This document shows, one piece after another, positions 12,511-27,002 of a stretch of 64,000 bases of DNA. Within the stretch, counting starts at the first letter, position 1; every line of letters begins with the position of its first letter. The notes under the pieces are model-generated. The model was not told the DNA's origin. It made no database searches and saw nothing but the letters and a program-made list of their open reading frames with translations. The position numbers and the translations under genes are program-made. Source of the stretch: Octopus sinensis (Eukaryota); assembly GCF_006345805.1 (NCBI RefSeq), contig NC_043001.1, positions 93,496,001 to 93,560,000 of the forward strand, in the 5' to 3' direction.

Positions 12511-12771
12511 ACCAAAACGTTTACTTTGGACGCGCTGAAATAGTTCAAAATATATTAGACATACGCAACCATTGATTTTCAGCCTAGACCCTTTGCCCAG
12601 ATTCCCTTAAAAATAACATCAAATCAAAGGAAATGCAAACAAACAGTTATATGTAGGTAATCGAAGTGGAATTAAAGTTAAAAATATACAATATCTAACG
12701 CAAAAATGGGCAACAATTATTATATTCAATGTTGGAAGCATACTATCTGGCACGAATTTATTAGAATATAT

Positions 12772-12820
<49 letters not shown>

Positions 12821-12889
12821 CGCATTTGTCCGTTTCTATATGCCTATATATGTACGTTTCAGATTGTTCATGTATTTTATATATATATA

Positions 12890-12922
<33 letters not shown>

Positions 12923-14726
12923 CTCATATATATGTACGTATATGTGTTTGTGTGTCTGCGTTGTATCAGCTTGGCCAGACATAATAAATTAGTTTTGCCC
13001 CGTAACTTTACCAATAGTTGTCACGTATATAAAGCAATATTTTAGTCTTAAAACTTTGGTGTACTTGCAAATAATTCAAGTTTCTATCAACTTGCTGTTT
13101 GACGGATGAGAAAACTGAACTTTCACTTCAATTCTGGACAAATATTCATTCTTGTTGGGTTTGAAGTTACAATCAGTTGAATTGGAATCTAGGATGTTAC
13201 TGGTACTTGTTTTATACAGAGTAATGATCTCTGTCAGTCTGTTCTGACAATCTTGGAGCAAATAATTCAAAGGAGTATAGGATATGGGATAAACTTATAT
13301 TGAGCTAGCTACTACGGTTGATATAGACACATACAGACAAGCATACATGTACATGTATTTTGCACATACACACGCACACTCTCACACACACATACACACA
13401 CACAAACACACATACACATATTTCTTTTTATATATCCCTACATATACATGCATATGTATGTACATGCATGCATATAGATCTATGTATGTTTTGTATACAT
13501 TTATATATACGTATACAGAACACACAAGCTCATATATATTTCGCTATATATAATATATACACGTGTATGTGCGCATGTGTGTGCACTGACATCATCACCT
13601 TTCGTAGGTGGGTACTACATGAATAAACTATTAGAGAAACCTGATATACAACTTCACAAGGAGTCAATAATTCAAGACAGCATGAGGATATTCTATAGGG
13701 TAAATGACTTTGAGAAAACAAAGAATTATTGCAAAATCAATACACCGTTGATTTTCAGTGATTTCGCTTGATTTATGACCTTATAAAGACGTAGATTACT
13801 AAGCGAAATAGTTCAGGTGAGTATTAACAAGTTATATTAAATAAATAATTCAATCTTCTAAAGGACATTGGTACAATATGTTGAAAAAATTAATTTGGGT
13901 TAAAGGTCACATGTTCGCTAAGATATCTTTTACACAGCAGAAACTATTGGTTTCCAGTTTTAGTTTCGTACCATCTAAGAATCTACAAATATAGTTTTCA
14001 AATGCAAAAAATTATATAGGTTAGGAGGAATTCCTTGAATCATTCAGATTTCCAATGTGAAACTGAACTGTTTTTGGTTCCTTCACATGACATGTAGAAA
14101 CTAGCCAAAATGTAGAGATTTACTATTTAGTTCTCGTTTACGTTTGGTCATTTAATTGACCTAAATCTATCGGGTGGGAATAAATACAATTTCTTGAATC
14201 AATACTTCAGAATGTTTTGACTATGTTGTTAAATGCTGCCCTGAAATACGAAAATACTATTTAGGTTTCACCTTCACCGAACTTCTCTTTGGATAAGCGC
14301 AGAATTTCGAAGTTATGGTATGATACATATATTGTGATCATTGTGACTTTAACATCGTCTTTCGCCACACGCCTACGGTCAAAGGGATTACATCTCGGCC
14401 TGAGGTAGTCAGAGGTTTATATAATACAGCAGATATCTGATAGTATCTTTTTGACATGTTAATTTATTCTGTTTATTTCAACTGAACTAAAAGATAATAA
14501 AAATATATATGTAAATAAAATGCAGCTATTCTACTGGAAGGGTAAAATATGCGAATATGTCTCATTAACGTAACTCTATATAAACCGGAGATTAGAATTG
14601 TTTGCAAGAACCCAAAGGATTTGTCACATGAATGATGATTTGCAACAATTTTGTTGCTATACAGAACACTTTCATTAGATTCATCATCTCTGTATTTCAA
14701 CATGCACATAACCTGAGCATCTAGGC

Positions 14727-14802
14727 ATTATATATATATATATAGATATATGTATATGTATATATAGATATATGTATATGTATATATAGATATATGTTTA
14801 TG

Positions 14803-14834
<32 letters not shown>

Positions 14835-14839
14835 GTATA

Positions 14840-14924
<85 letters not shown>

Positions 14925-14926
14925 AT

Positions 14927-14972
<46 letters not shown>

Positions 14973-15003
14973 TATGAATATATATATATATATATGTATA
15001 TGA

Positions 15004-15040
<37 letters not shown>

Positions 15041-15060
15041 ATATGTGTGTGTGTGTGTTT
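14727..15060. repeat. Compound (TA)n microsatellite
   Basis: Directly visible. Confidence 0.95.
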
Positions 15061-16116
15061 GTGTGGAATACGGACATTTCAATGTCCGGAACGTGCGTTT
15101 CTCATATAGAAGTAACGTGAACTTCATGAATATTATTCTTTAAGGACTTTCAAAAAACTACTTTTTTTCTCTTTATTTTGCCGGCTGTTTTATACACGAA
15201 TCTTTTTCGAAAAATTACAGAAGAATATGTTTTCATTCACCCAATATCTTTCCGATATTCTCTATAGACGGATCTCCTCCCACCGTTCTCGAAAGAAAAA
15301 TATCCGATGCTTTGTGATCAACGAGACCTTCACGTCAAAAGTTTATTTTGTTAAAGTGAATTAAAACAACATCAGTTTTATCAATTTTTACATTTGTTGA
15401 TAATTATAAATGAGGATTGACCCAGACATTTAAAAAAAAAATTACAGCAGAACGAGCTGAAACGTTTTCAGCTTTTGTTTTTGTATATATTTTATCTTAC
15501 TTTATTGAACTGGAAATAATTAGACGCAATTTTGAATTATGTAGGATTTCAACATAGGTGAAATTAAGTGTTGCAAATCATTCGAAAAGGTATTATTCTG
15601 TCTTGCTCATCTTTACCGTCACGTAATTATTTATAATTATAAACAGTCTGAAGAAAAATTTACTGAAAGTTTAAAAAATAATTGAATTGATCTTTTGTTT
15701 AGTATTTCATGATTCTATTGTATTAATTACAATGACTTAAGCGAAGAATTGTTAAACTTACTGTTATATTTACAAAAGCCTTCTCTATGTCTGACGGTAA
15801 AAGTCAATATTGGCCGAATAATTCAAGAGCTGTTCTAGTGATCAGTCGCAGAGCTGATCTTCTGGCAATATTTTATTAACATTAACTATCAGTAAACACA
15901 TGACCGGTAAAAATAAGGGAAATTTTAATGTGAACACAAATCATATCTCTATTTTAAAACTAAGTAAAGTTCCTTTCTTTGCGGCGTATGGAGGGTCTGG
16001 GAAATATTGAAAATGCATTTTTTTGTTCTGATTATAGTGAATAAACGCATTACAATTAAGGGTACTAAAAGAATGAATCATACAAATTTCTGATTTAGAT
16101 ATACAGCTGCTATCAT

Positions 16117-16300
16117 AGGGAGAGTTTACGAAAAAAACAAAAGACGAAGACAGATGGTGTACAAAACAAACAGATGTATTAGTATAACGCTCAGGAATAG
16201 AAACAATATTATACGTTTCGAGCCTATGCTCTTCTACAGAAAGGGACACAGAAAAAACAAGGAGAGAAAAAAATGTGTAGTGGCTAACGATCTATCATGC
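16117..16300 (-). mobile_element. Penelope-like short repeat carrying a hammerhead motif (copy 2)
   Basis: Reverse complement of 36060-36255. Confidence 0.6.
16208..16243 (-). ncRNA. Minimal hammerhead motif, A6U variant, stem I degenerate
   Basis: Minus strand reads CTTT-CTGTAGA-A-GAG-catagg-CTC-GAAA-CG-TA-TAAT. Confidence 0.4.
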
Positions 16301-17260
16301 TATCATATGTTTGTGAATATATTAAACTTACTCCATCGATTCAGAAAGGTGTTTGGCAAATTTGTATTTCGCTCGATTTAAGCGTAAAGGGAGGTAATTC
16401 AAAAACCGCAAAGAATTTTATATAGAGCTCTAATGAATAAAATGACTGGGATGCGCAATGACCGAATGCACCTACGTTATCGTTTACTACGAAACAAAAG
16501 GTAGAGAAAACCACAATAGGGTTTGAAGAGAGTAACTAATGGTGTAGAAATAGTTTTTCAATGAAATCAATTGAAAGCAGCATTCCACACTCACTGAAGC
16601 TGTCCGCTTCAAAACTCCTCAGTTTTTACTGTTTTACCCTTTGTATATTGATAATTCCTTTTATGCAGGTATGCTATGTATTACTACGCCAAATTGTGAG
16701 TAAACAAGAAAAATCGAATAAAAACCAATTAAATACTTGGACTGCATGTATTACACCAAAAGCGATAAACATAAGCATAGAGTAAATATATAAACAGAGA
16801 ACACAAATATCGCATATACACACACAGGCAAATGGTGAACAAGTGTGGAGAATTTCGGACTATTTTGAAAAGCGACGTGCTAAATAATTTAAATAGTGCA
16901 TTGTTCAGTGTATACTCAAGAGTAATAAAAGAACATTGGCTACGGCCAGTATATTTTTAAAAACATTCTCGATGAATTCGGTCGATATATTTCAGGAATT
17001 TTCGATTATTCTTGATTTCCTTCATTATTTGAATTATTTACATTTTCTCACCTTCTACCTCTTTCGACCTTCCTCTCTCTTTCCTAGTGTCTGTGTGTGT
17101 ATATATGTGGGCGTTTAAAAATAATATTTGGGATGGCTGCACCTTTTATTGTCAGCTCTTTTCGATTATTGTTAATATATAATTCATGAATTGAATAAAT
17201 TCCATTATCTCACCCCTTTATGCCTACATACATACCTACACACACATACGTATATCTATA

Positions 17261-17319
<59 letters not shown>

Positions 17320-18308
17320 CACGCGGAGACAGATACACATACACATATACAGTTGATAAGTGAGAGTTGAATATACATAGCATAGAAAACACGGTAGTGC
17401 TCAAAAGGGTTTAAACTTAAACTCTGAATTCATCGTCCGGGGCAAGGCGCGTGCCGTGAAGAGAAATTCAAATCGAGTTGTTTTGGAGGTAGTATTATAA
17501 ATAATCACAACTGAGCTTCATATAAGTATGTTTACATAAAACACAGAACTATAGATTAAAAGTAGAAAAAAAGAAGATATATAAGTTTATTACTCAGTAG
17601 GTTTTCTTGACATAGTCTTTTCATGTAAACGTAAGTTTTATTCCGCATTTGGTCATTGAGCGATGTTGTTATAATTTCTCCTAATTATGGGGTTATTCTC
17701 TTTAGTTTTCTTCCCGTATGTTAAGTAATAATCTTCTCCCTCCTTGTTGCGTATTCTTTTTCTCTCAAGATGATTTCCTCCTTCACTACTTCACGCCTAC
17801 TCCTTTTCCTCAGGGTTTATCCAAACCCTTCCTGTTGTCTGTCAGTTGAATTCCTATCTGATTTATGGTCAATTTAACATTATCTCTACAACCCACGTTG
17901 CTTCCCTTCGCTAGGCTGATATTAACTTTATCATTTCTTTCTTGTGTTCAAGAAGTTGTCCTTCCTCCACTTCTCTTTCCCCATTATCTCAATTGTTTAA
18001 TCACTCCTTCTAACCGTTTTTGTTTGCTAGCACTGCTATATAAACCGCATTCACCAATCTTTTCTTGCTGAGTAAAGCCGAACTTATTGTAATATTTCCG
18101 TGGGTCTGTTTACTGGTTACATACTCATGACGTTTTGTAATTTATGATTATTACATAACTCTGGGTTTCATGAAACAGCTGGGAATCTATGAATTTACGT
18201 ACTCATACTTTCTTATTTTATTCTATACTTTAATTCCGCATTCTAATTTTTGGTTCATGTAAATATATTTCTGTCAAGCCTAAGTTTTTCTGTCTCCATA
18301 ACTCTCTC

Positions 18309-18360
<52 letters not shown>

Positions 18361-20529
18361 GCACACACAGACACACACAATAATGTAACGTCGTTTAATT
18401 TGTAAGTACATTTTCAAAAATAACATCCAACATAATAGAAATCGAGCATTAAGAGCGGGTCACCTAAAAAAAATTATTACAGAAACCATACTTTCCAGTG
18501 TATGTATTCATCAAGCAACTACCGTGTTCTCTCAAATTTTCTATAATTCGTTTGCTTTAATATATTCTTTGGCATCTTATTTCCATTAGACATTACTGCA
18601 ACTCGCCAATATAAATCCTTCAATAACGTATCAATTTACAATCAATTTGAGGTTCTGTTGCAGAATAATTATCTCCTATTTCCTTTGCTTAAGGTAGATG
18701 AGAATAACATCTGTACGTAACGAAGATTACTGAATAACAATTACCTTGGGTTCGATAGTTCTGATTTGAAGTGAGTGAATGGGTAAGGTAGCGATATTGA
18801 GGAAATGAAAGTATACAGTGATTTAGGTGAATAGACTTTTAAAATACTATGCACTCCTGTTCCATTGTACTATTAATTTTTGGAATAAAAAGAACAGAGT
18901 TTGTTATTGTAACACCGATGAGAGAGATAGGGAGTGTGATTTGTTTAAGTAAACCATACATTGTCAATTACGTGATCAGGCATCCATGCAGCTTAGAGAA
19001 AATGATTATCGCTAGTATATGTAAAAGAACTGTTCAGTGTTTTGTCCACAGTGTATCAGCATATAATAAGCAGTCATATACTCAAATATAGTGCAAGTTA
19101 CTGCATTCAAACGGACGACATTTCATCTGCTGAACAGATGTGTTATCCATTTCGGAAATGCAACTACACACAAACTACATTATACTTTCGATCTGCAAGC
19201 AAGGCAGAAATATAGACTAAAGAGGTAATGAGGTAAAACTTATCCAATTCTGTATCAATTAGCTGGTATTTGCTTCGGAATGAAGAGAAATCAATAATTA
19301 GATTCTGTCGAATAAGTGACTTTTAAATGAAAGCAAAATAGCTCCATTGATTTTATATATTATTCTAGTTCACTACGATAATTATTTTTCTCAGTTATTG
19401 TTATTGTTGTTGGAGTTAACACCGAAAGCCAACCAAGACAGAGGAAATGTATGCTAAACGGTATTTCAGAACAGACGAAGCAGCCATCTTTTAAGAAGGT
19501 TGGGATTCAAATGAGGAGATTCCTTGATATTTCTAGAATGTCTAATGAGCGCCAATAGACCCCCTCACAGGCTGGTTGCCACTGCGGCTTTCTGAATATT
19601 ATTATGGAAAAGTGTTTGCTGAGATATCAAGAATTCTTCAGCATATATTTGCATTAATCTTGTATGAATGTCAGTGAAATATAAAATTTGGTATTAATGT
19701 TGTAAGCGACTAATAAGAAGATTTGTTAGAGCATCGGACAGAGTGACTTGTAGTATTTGTTCCAAATCTTTTTGCACTGATTTCAAATCCGGCTGAGGTC
19801 AACGTTTCCTTTGGTCGTGTTAAGGTTGATAAATTACCAGATAGAATGATTGCCTGGCGGATTTGCTAAGGTATATAACGTATATCCTTGCTCTCTGTAT
19901 ACCACCACTCTTGTATAGAGTTCATGCAATAAAGATTCAAATACATCTTATCAATGGTTAGATCTAATTACCAAACACAAGACTACAGTTCATTATGAAA
20001 GACGGGGAATTGTAGCTATGTGAAATACTAGTTTAATCTACCCTGAATAACCAAATCTATTGTTAATGTAATTTCAGCAGCGAACATTCAGGAACTTCCA
20101 CTGTATAATGTATGATTTGTGGGTGTTTTATGAGACTTCACAATTATATGTAGAAAGTCGAGCAACCACATAGCATAAGGTATGGAACAGTGTCATATAT
20201 GCTTACATTTGAAACGAGTTAATAGCATAATCGAAAACGACTCCCATATACAATGGTTTGCAAATGGTAGATGCGCAGATTAATATCATGAGTTCAGTTG
20301 GCAGTTAATTTTACATCAGTTGGTTACTTGCTAAATAAGGAAGAATAATATTGTTGTTTGCTTATTTTCTGGGGAGGGGGAAGGGGTTAATACTAAACGC
20401 CAAAGGTGGTTCAAAATTTACAAATATATGTGTATAACCGTGTGTCGGTATGCACCACGCATACAACCAATTACGCAGATCTCATATAGATATGAAAATA
20501 TAGGCATACGATATAACGATATTGAAGTG

Positions 20530-20537
20530 TGTATATA

Positions 20538-20579
<42 letters not shown>

Positions 20580-20655
20580 CACACACATATATATATGCAT
20601 ATAAAAACACATATGTAGATGCGTGTATGTGTATTCCCATGTATATACATATATA

Positions 20656-20699
<44 letters not shown>

Positions 20700-21281
20700 T
20701 ATATGTCTGTGTGTGTGTGTGTGTATACAGGCATACATATATTATGTACATTTATGAATCTGCGTGTGACAAGTATTGTGCACGCGTTTGAAAAAGTGTT
20801 TATATATGTAACAACATATAAATACATACACATTCATAGAAACCATATTAAAATTCGTATGTATGGAAGAGCGCTTGTGATAAATTCACTGCAAGAGCAC
20901 CGGAACAGTTCCAGCGAGGAGCGATATTCCATATGGAATGCAAATTAATCTCCCACGCCTACCGACACACGCCGCAAATTTTCTGGAATTTCAGTATTAA
21001 ACTTCAGTTGGGACCAAAACCACAGCGGAAACGTTTCTATTCATGCTACTCTTATTTATTGAAATTTTTGTATGTGATGAAGCATACTTGGACTACACAC
21101 ACATACATGCACATATATGCACGCACGCCCGCAGAGGCACATACAGGCAATAACTCATAAGCATTAAACCATATAAATATATACGCAAATGCAATATGAA
21201 TATTTTATATATATATATATGCATGTATATGTATATGTATAGATATGTATATATATATATATGTATATATATATATGTATG

Positions 21282-21315
<34 letters not shown>

Positions 21316-21381
21316 GTAGATATATATGTATATATATATGTATGTATATATATGTATAATATATATATATGCATGTATATA

Positions 21382-21420
<39 letters not shown>

Positions 21421-21630
21421 AATGTGTGTGTATAGCTCAATTTACACTCAGGTAAACCAACGTCAGAGATGCACATATACGTACTGTCACATATACGTAC
21501 GAACTCGTATAAACACATATATACATATATGATCATAATATACACATCATATACATAAATTTAAGTATATACGTAACTGTTTGTACATGTGTACACTCAG
21601 ACATAGACACTCACACAACACACACACACA

Positions 21631-21678
<48 letters not shown>

Positions 21679-21703
21679 CATACATATACATATATATGCA
21701 TAA

Positions 21704-21744
<41 letters not shown>

Positions 21745-21756
21745 CACATACATATA

Positions 21757-21815
<59 letters not shown>

Positions 21816-21830
21816 GCACATATACTTATA
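20530..21830. repeat. Cluster of compound (TA)n/(TG)n/(CA)n microsatellites
   Basis: Arrays at about 20530-20730, 21190-21430 and 21530-21830. Confidence 0.9.
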
Positions 21831-22489
21831 TATGTTTAAATACGTAGATAGAGAGAGTGAGAGGGAGAAAGAAAAAGACAGATCTATCTGTGACTAAATA
21901 TATGAGCTTGTTACGAAACTTTGTCTCTATCAGTCTAGGCAGCTTAAACAAAGGTCATGCTGTATTCACCAGACTGTAACGATAAGTATAATAGGATTTG
22001 GGTAAAGAGTTAACGATAATGCAGTTTGTTTTCGCGACGGTTGAACTCAGGTTACTTATCAGGGCAGAACGCTACTTTGGAAATCTTGCTGGAGAAACCT
22101 TTGGCAAGAAACGATTATATTTATTCATATGATGCTAGGCCGATTTAGTCAGTCTGGCGGTGACGGTAAGATCATTTGTATTGCTTCAAATGTGAATGAT
22201 AGGAAAACGCACACATACAAATAAACACTAGCTAGAATATAAACGAAATAAACTAAAGAGAATTTGCTTTCATCCGTTTGTTCAGCCATTCCTCCTTCAC
22301 TCTTCTGTGTACACACATACGGACGCGGACACACACACATTCACACACACCAAAACTACTTATAGTAATTTAGTTGTAGCTACATTTTCTTTACTTAAAG
22401 AAGTTAAAACTTCTCGCTGTGTTTACAATCATCGGGTGGTATGTCAACGAAGTCATATCTTCGTTGGTAACAGACTATGCATATACATA

Positions 22490-22682
22490 GGCATAAGATT
22501 GGCTGTGTGGTAAGTAGCTTGCTTACGAGCCACATGGTTCCGGGTTCAGTCCCACTGCGTGGCACCTTGGGAAGGTGTCTTCTTATTCAGCCTCGGGCCG
22601 ACCAAAGCATTGTGAGTGGATTTGGTAGACGGAAGCTGAAAGAAGCCCGTCGTATATATGTATATGTATCTCTCTCTCCCCC

Positions 22683-22721
<39 letters not shown>

Positions 22722-23047
22722 CTAGCAGTATCGCCCGGCGTTGCTCGGGTTTGTAAGGGAAATAATTATATAAGCATTTTTAGAGAGTTACTTCCCTTAT
22801 ATAATAACAAAAAATGCATTAAAAATGGAAAAAAAATGATGGTAATTTTTTTTTAATCGTAGACTCATCGTAGACGCGCGCTAATACCCAGAAGGGCTCG
22901 ATATGAATCACGACTATAAGATACCCGCTTTTGGTTAAACTGCACCGCAAAATGTGGGAGTAGTTAGGAATCTAAATCGCAGGAGGCAGACACCACACAA
23001 CTTCAGTTTTATATATATATATGGATATATATTTGTAGATATATATC

Positions 23048-23080
<33 letters not shown>

Positions 23081-23135
23081 ATGCTTGGGTGTCTGTGTTT
23101 GGGTGTCTGTGTTGAAACAACTAAAAGAGTAAAGA
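22490..23135 (+). mobile_element. SINE family B, interrupted by a Helitron in its internal microsatellite
   Basis: 5' half at 22490-22655; internally deleted 3' remnant (gtgtctgtgtt...gaaacaactaaaagagtaaag) at about 23085-23135. Confidence 0.7.
22722..23025 (-). mobile_element. Non-autonomous Helitron, copy 1 (304 bp)
   Basis: On the minus strand it reads A|TC ... CCCGAGCAACGCCGGG hairpin, 8 nt, CTAG|T, which are the canonical Helitron termini and A-T target. Confidence 0.8.
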
Positions 23136-23160
23136 GCATATATACATGTATATATGTATA

Positions 23161-23555
23161 TCTTTATATATAAAAGTGAAGTTGTGTGTCTGTCTCCTAC
23201 GATTTAGATTCCTAACTACTCCAACATTTTGCGGTGCAGTGTAACCAAAAGCGGGTATCTTATAGTCGTGATTCATATCGAGCCCTTCTGGGTATTAGCG
23301 CGCGTCTATGATGAGTCTACGATTTAAAAAAAAATTAGCATAATTTTTTTCCCATTTCTAATGCATTTTTCTTGCTATTATATAAGGGAAGTAACTCTCT
23401 AAAAATGTATTATTAAATCTCAGAACGTAAAAAGCTACAGTAACACCTCCCTTTGTGGTTAGCCATATTGAGATGGCTATTATACTTACATCTCTAAAAA
23501 TGCTCATATAGTTATTTCCCTTACAAACCCGAGCAACGCCGGGCGATACTGCTAG
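23161..23555 (+). mobile_element. Non-autonomous Helitron, copy 2 (395 bp)
   Basis: A|TC at 23161, hairpin at 23528-23543, CTAG at 23552-23555 followed by T. Homologous to copy 1 plus a 95-bp segment. Confidence 0.85.
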
Positions 23556-23573
23556 TATATATATATATATATA

Positions 23574-23620
<47 letters not shown>

Positions 23621-23734
23621 CGATACAGAGAGAAAGAAAGAGAGAAACAGAGAGAGAGAGAGAGAGAGAGAAGCTCAAAAACATATACAAGCACACATTC
23701 ATCTATATATTTATTCTTATGTGAATGTCGTGTC

Positions 23735-23895
23735 ACACCGTCGGTTACGACGACGCGGGTTCCGGTTGATCCGATCAGCGGAACAGCCTGCTCGTCAAAT
23801 TAGCGTGTATGTGACCGAGCACTCAACAGACATGTGCACCCATAACGTAGTTCTTGGGGAGATTCAGCGTGACACAGTTTCTGTAGTAACTTTGA
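23735..23895 (-). mobile_element. 3' fragment of the SINE C variant seen at 32251-32569
   Basis: Shares ccgtcggttacgacgacg...gattcagcgtgacacag with 32260-32392. Confidence 0.7.
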
Positions 23896-24139
23896 AATAC
23901 AGGTAGAACAGAAATTTGCGGTGAAAGAGTACAGCAGGATTCGCCACCCCACCTTTAGGTGTTTTCGCTTAATAAACACTCACCGTGATCCCACGACCGC
24001 GAGTCCGCTGCCCAAACCACTAGACCTCTTCGCCGCCACTATGTGGAATGTATTTATATGATGAACCGACATTAGTGAAATCTGTTGTGGGTGAATAATT
24101 AATTTTTTTTCTGTAAACGTCTTCGTGCTGATACTCTCA

Positions 24140-24300
<161 letters not shown>

Positions 24301-25301
24301 ATAAAAATGCACATATATACCTATTTGTGTGCTCATGTGTCTGTTTATTTATATGTTTGTATTAATGTCCGGAAGGACCATGTATGATACGAATGTTAAT
24401 ATTTGGAAGATAACAGGGAGAAAATTTGTTATTGAATCACAAAGCATGGTAAATTAAATCAAACTAATTCGCCATAATCAAGTGTCAAACATTTGTCTTT
24501 AATTTTACAAATCTCGAAATAAATAAGTGACGTTATTGTAATTATGTTCTAATATAATAATTGTCCCTATAAATATGTGTAATGTATTTTATATCATAAG
24601 AATTAATTTTAGACGTACTAATATATATTTTGGCATGTACGTGATTTGTTTTGGAGATATTTAGTGAAATATTCAGGCAAATATATAGAAGAGAATCCAG
24701 CTGGCTCATCGCTTTATGATTGCTTAAGATATCTGTCTATAGGAAAACACATATTATTCAATGGAAGGACAGGAATTGCATCAAGAAAAGAAGCCAAGGT
24801 TCTGTGGAAATAATCAGAGAAAGCGAGCCGCAAAGAAACCTTCTTGGAGGTTAACTGGAAATAAATTACGATTTCGGATAAATTTTCGCAAGAATAATAC
24901 GAGTGATTGTACTTAACACTGAAGGCTTCTACGAAGTTCAAAATTGCAGTGAAATTGGGAAATAGAAGCCAGAAGGAGAATGAGAAATACGCAAGTAACT
25001 AGAAGTTAGTGATAGAAAAAGTGCAAATACAGATAGCGAAAATGAGAGTAAAAAGAAGGAAAAAGAGGAAAGAATGAGAGAACTATATTAAGAGAATGCA
25101 ACATAATAAATGGATTGATACCCACCCACACACATTAATATATATTTATATACATATGTACAGTATATATAAATACTTACACACACACACATATATATAT
25201 ACATACATATATATAAATATATATATATATGCATACGTACATATATATATGTGTGTGTGTGTTTGTATTTGTGTTTGTGTATGTACACACAGACATATAT
25301 A

Positions 25302-25345
<44 letters not shown>

Positions 25346-25505
25346 TCATAAGGTATTGGAATGTTACATATATACCATTCTGCCTAAAAAATGGATCTAC
25401 AAATTCAATATCCCTACATATCTCACAACTATTTTCTTTCCTCCACCTCACTCTCTATTTTGTGTCCTGTCTAAATTAATTATTACTTAACCATCCTCTC
25501 ACACC

Positions 25506-25557
25506 GTATCTGATGAAGGGATATAATAAATAAATATCCTGGAAACAGCTGTAAGAC
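25506..25557 (+). ncRNA. Minimal type I hammerhead ribozyme motif (CUGAUGA core)
   Basis: GTAT-CTGATGA-A-GGGATAT-loop9-ATATCCT-G-GAAA-CAGCTG-TA-AGAC. Stem II is 7 bp, stem III is the palindrome ACAGCTGT, the cleavage triplet is GUA, and stem I has 3 of 4 pairs. Confidence 0.55.
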
Positions 25558-25656
25558 CTTATCTTTAAATGTTCTAATATCTACACAACCTTGGTGTTTT
25601 ATTTCATTACGCAAAACATTCTGGTATATCACACACACACACACACACACACACCA

Positions 25657-25714
<58 letters not shown>

Positions 25715-26299
25715 GCACCTATATGTTTTATCTATTATCTATATATACTCGTTAGTGTCGAATAAAGGGGATCAGTGCTCAACACCGCATTGATAGATAG
25801 AGATTATTTATTTGTAGACTATGCACATACATATATACATACAGAAATACATGCATACGTACGTGTGACATACATGCATACATGCATATATATATATATA
25901 TATTTATATCTATATGTGTCTCCATACAAAATATGCGCTACACATACACTCACACGCACACATACGCACACGTACGCACACACACGCATATCTTACAATG
26001 TACACAGTAATAAAAGAAGAGCTACTGACAGTTTCTTATAATGCACACCTGGAGACACGGTAATCTGACAGATAATATAATGTCCCTTCTATCTTCAAGC
26101 TATCATTGAAGCTCAGTGGACCTGGTTAGGCCTAATTTAAAACCAGGGCGCTGATGTACGAGAAAGTATGGCATGAAACTATTAGTAAATCTTACTTTGA
26201 TATTGCGGACATTAAATGCATTAAGTGATATTTATTCCTCACTAGATTGAGTTCTTCTCTGTTGTTGCCCACATATAATGAACATTAAGCTATATGTGT

Positions 26300-26363
<64 letters not shown>

Positions 26364-26719
26364 CATACATATATGCCGTGGTTATTATAATTCAAAAGAA
26401 AATAAGAAAATGGAGATGTAGCATTTAATAGAAATTTATTATCTGCAAAAATCAAACATAGTCCCTTCCAGCTGTTTCAATTAAGTCGAAGAAGATTAAA
26501 TAGCAATTATGACAATCATTAGTTATAAAAGCTCAAGAAGAGATAGAGTAGTAACGCATACTAAACAGCAAATTGAGTAGCCATATCAATGTGCCAGTTG
26601 AACGTTACTAATAGTTTAACCTCAGGAAGATCACCGCCAGCTGGCTTTGAAGTTAATTTAAGCTAATGAATGTATATAATTGAATATAGATATATACATA
26701 TATATATAAAATAATACAT

Positions 26720-26967
26720 AAATGCGCCCTTTTAAAGCCTAGCCAGGGTCATGGGCCCGGTTTCCCGGTTTCAATAGCGTATGTGTTCCCCAGCTGGATG
26801 GGAAGCCAGTCCATCGCAGCGTTACTCCATTTTGCCAGCTAAGTGGACTATAGCAACGTGAAATGAAGTGTTTTGCTCAAGAACACAACGCATCACCCGG
26901 TCCAGGAATCGAAACTACAATCTTACGATCATGATGCTGACACCCTAACCACTAAGCCAGGCGCCTC

Positions 26968-26968
<1 letters not shown>
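26720..26968 (-). mobile_element. SINE family C
   Basis: tRNA-like head GGAGGCGCCTGGCTTAGTGGTTAGGG...TTCGATTCC. Homologous to 38472-38719 and 55547-55796. Confidence 0.85.

Positions 26969-27002
<34 letters not shown>

Noticed and set aside
13608-13699. Plus-strand exon-like segment (GYYMNKLLEKPDIQLHKESIIQDSMRIFYR)
   Set aside because: Splice sites are only moderate, there is no recognisable homology, and it is within chance expectation.
16650-16675. Plus-strand AG|GT motif (ttttatgcag|gtatgc) as a recursive site
   Set aside because: The donor and pyrimidine tract are weaker, with no clear downstream donor. It is kept only as evidence that such motifs arise by chance.
18849-19140. LLYADT on the minus strand as an RT YADD motif, or a GPCR TM1-like stretch
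   Set aside because: It is an isolated short motif with stops and no supporting neighbouring motifs.
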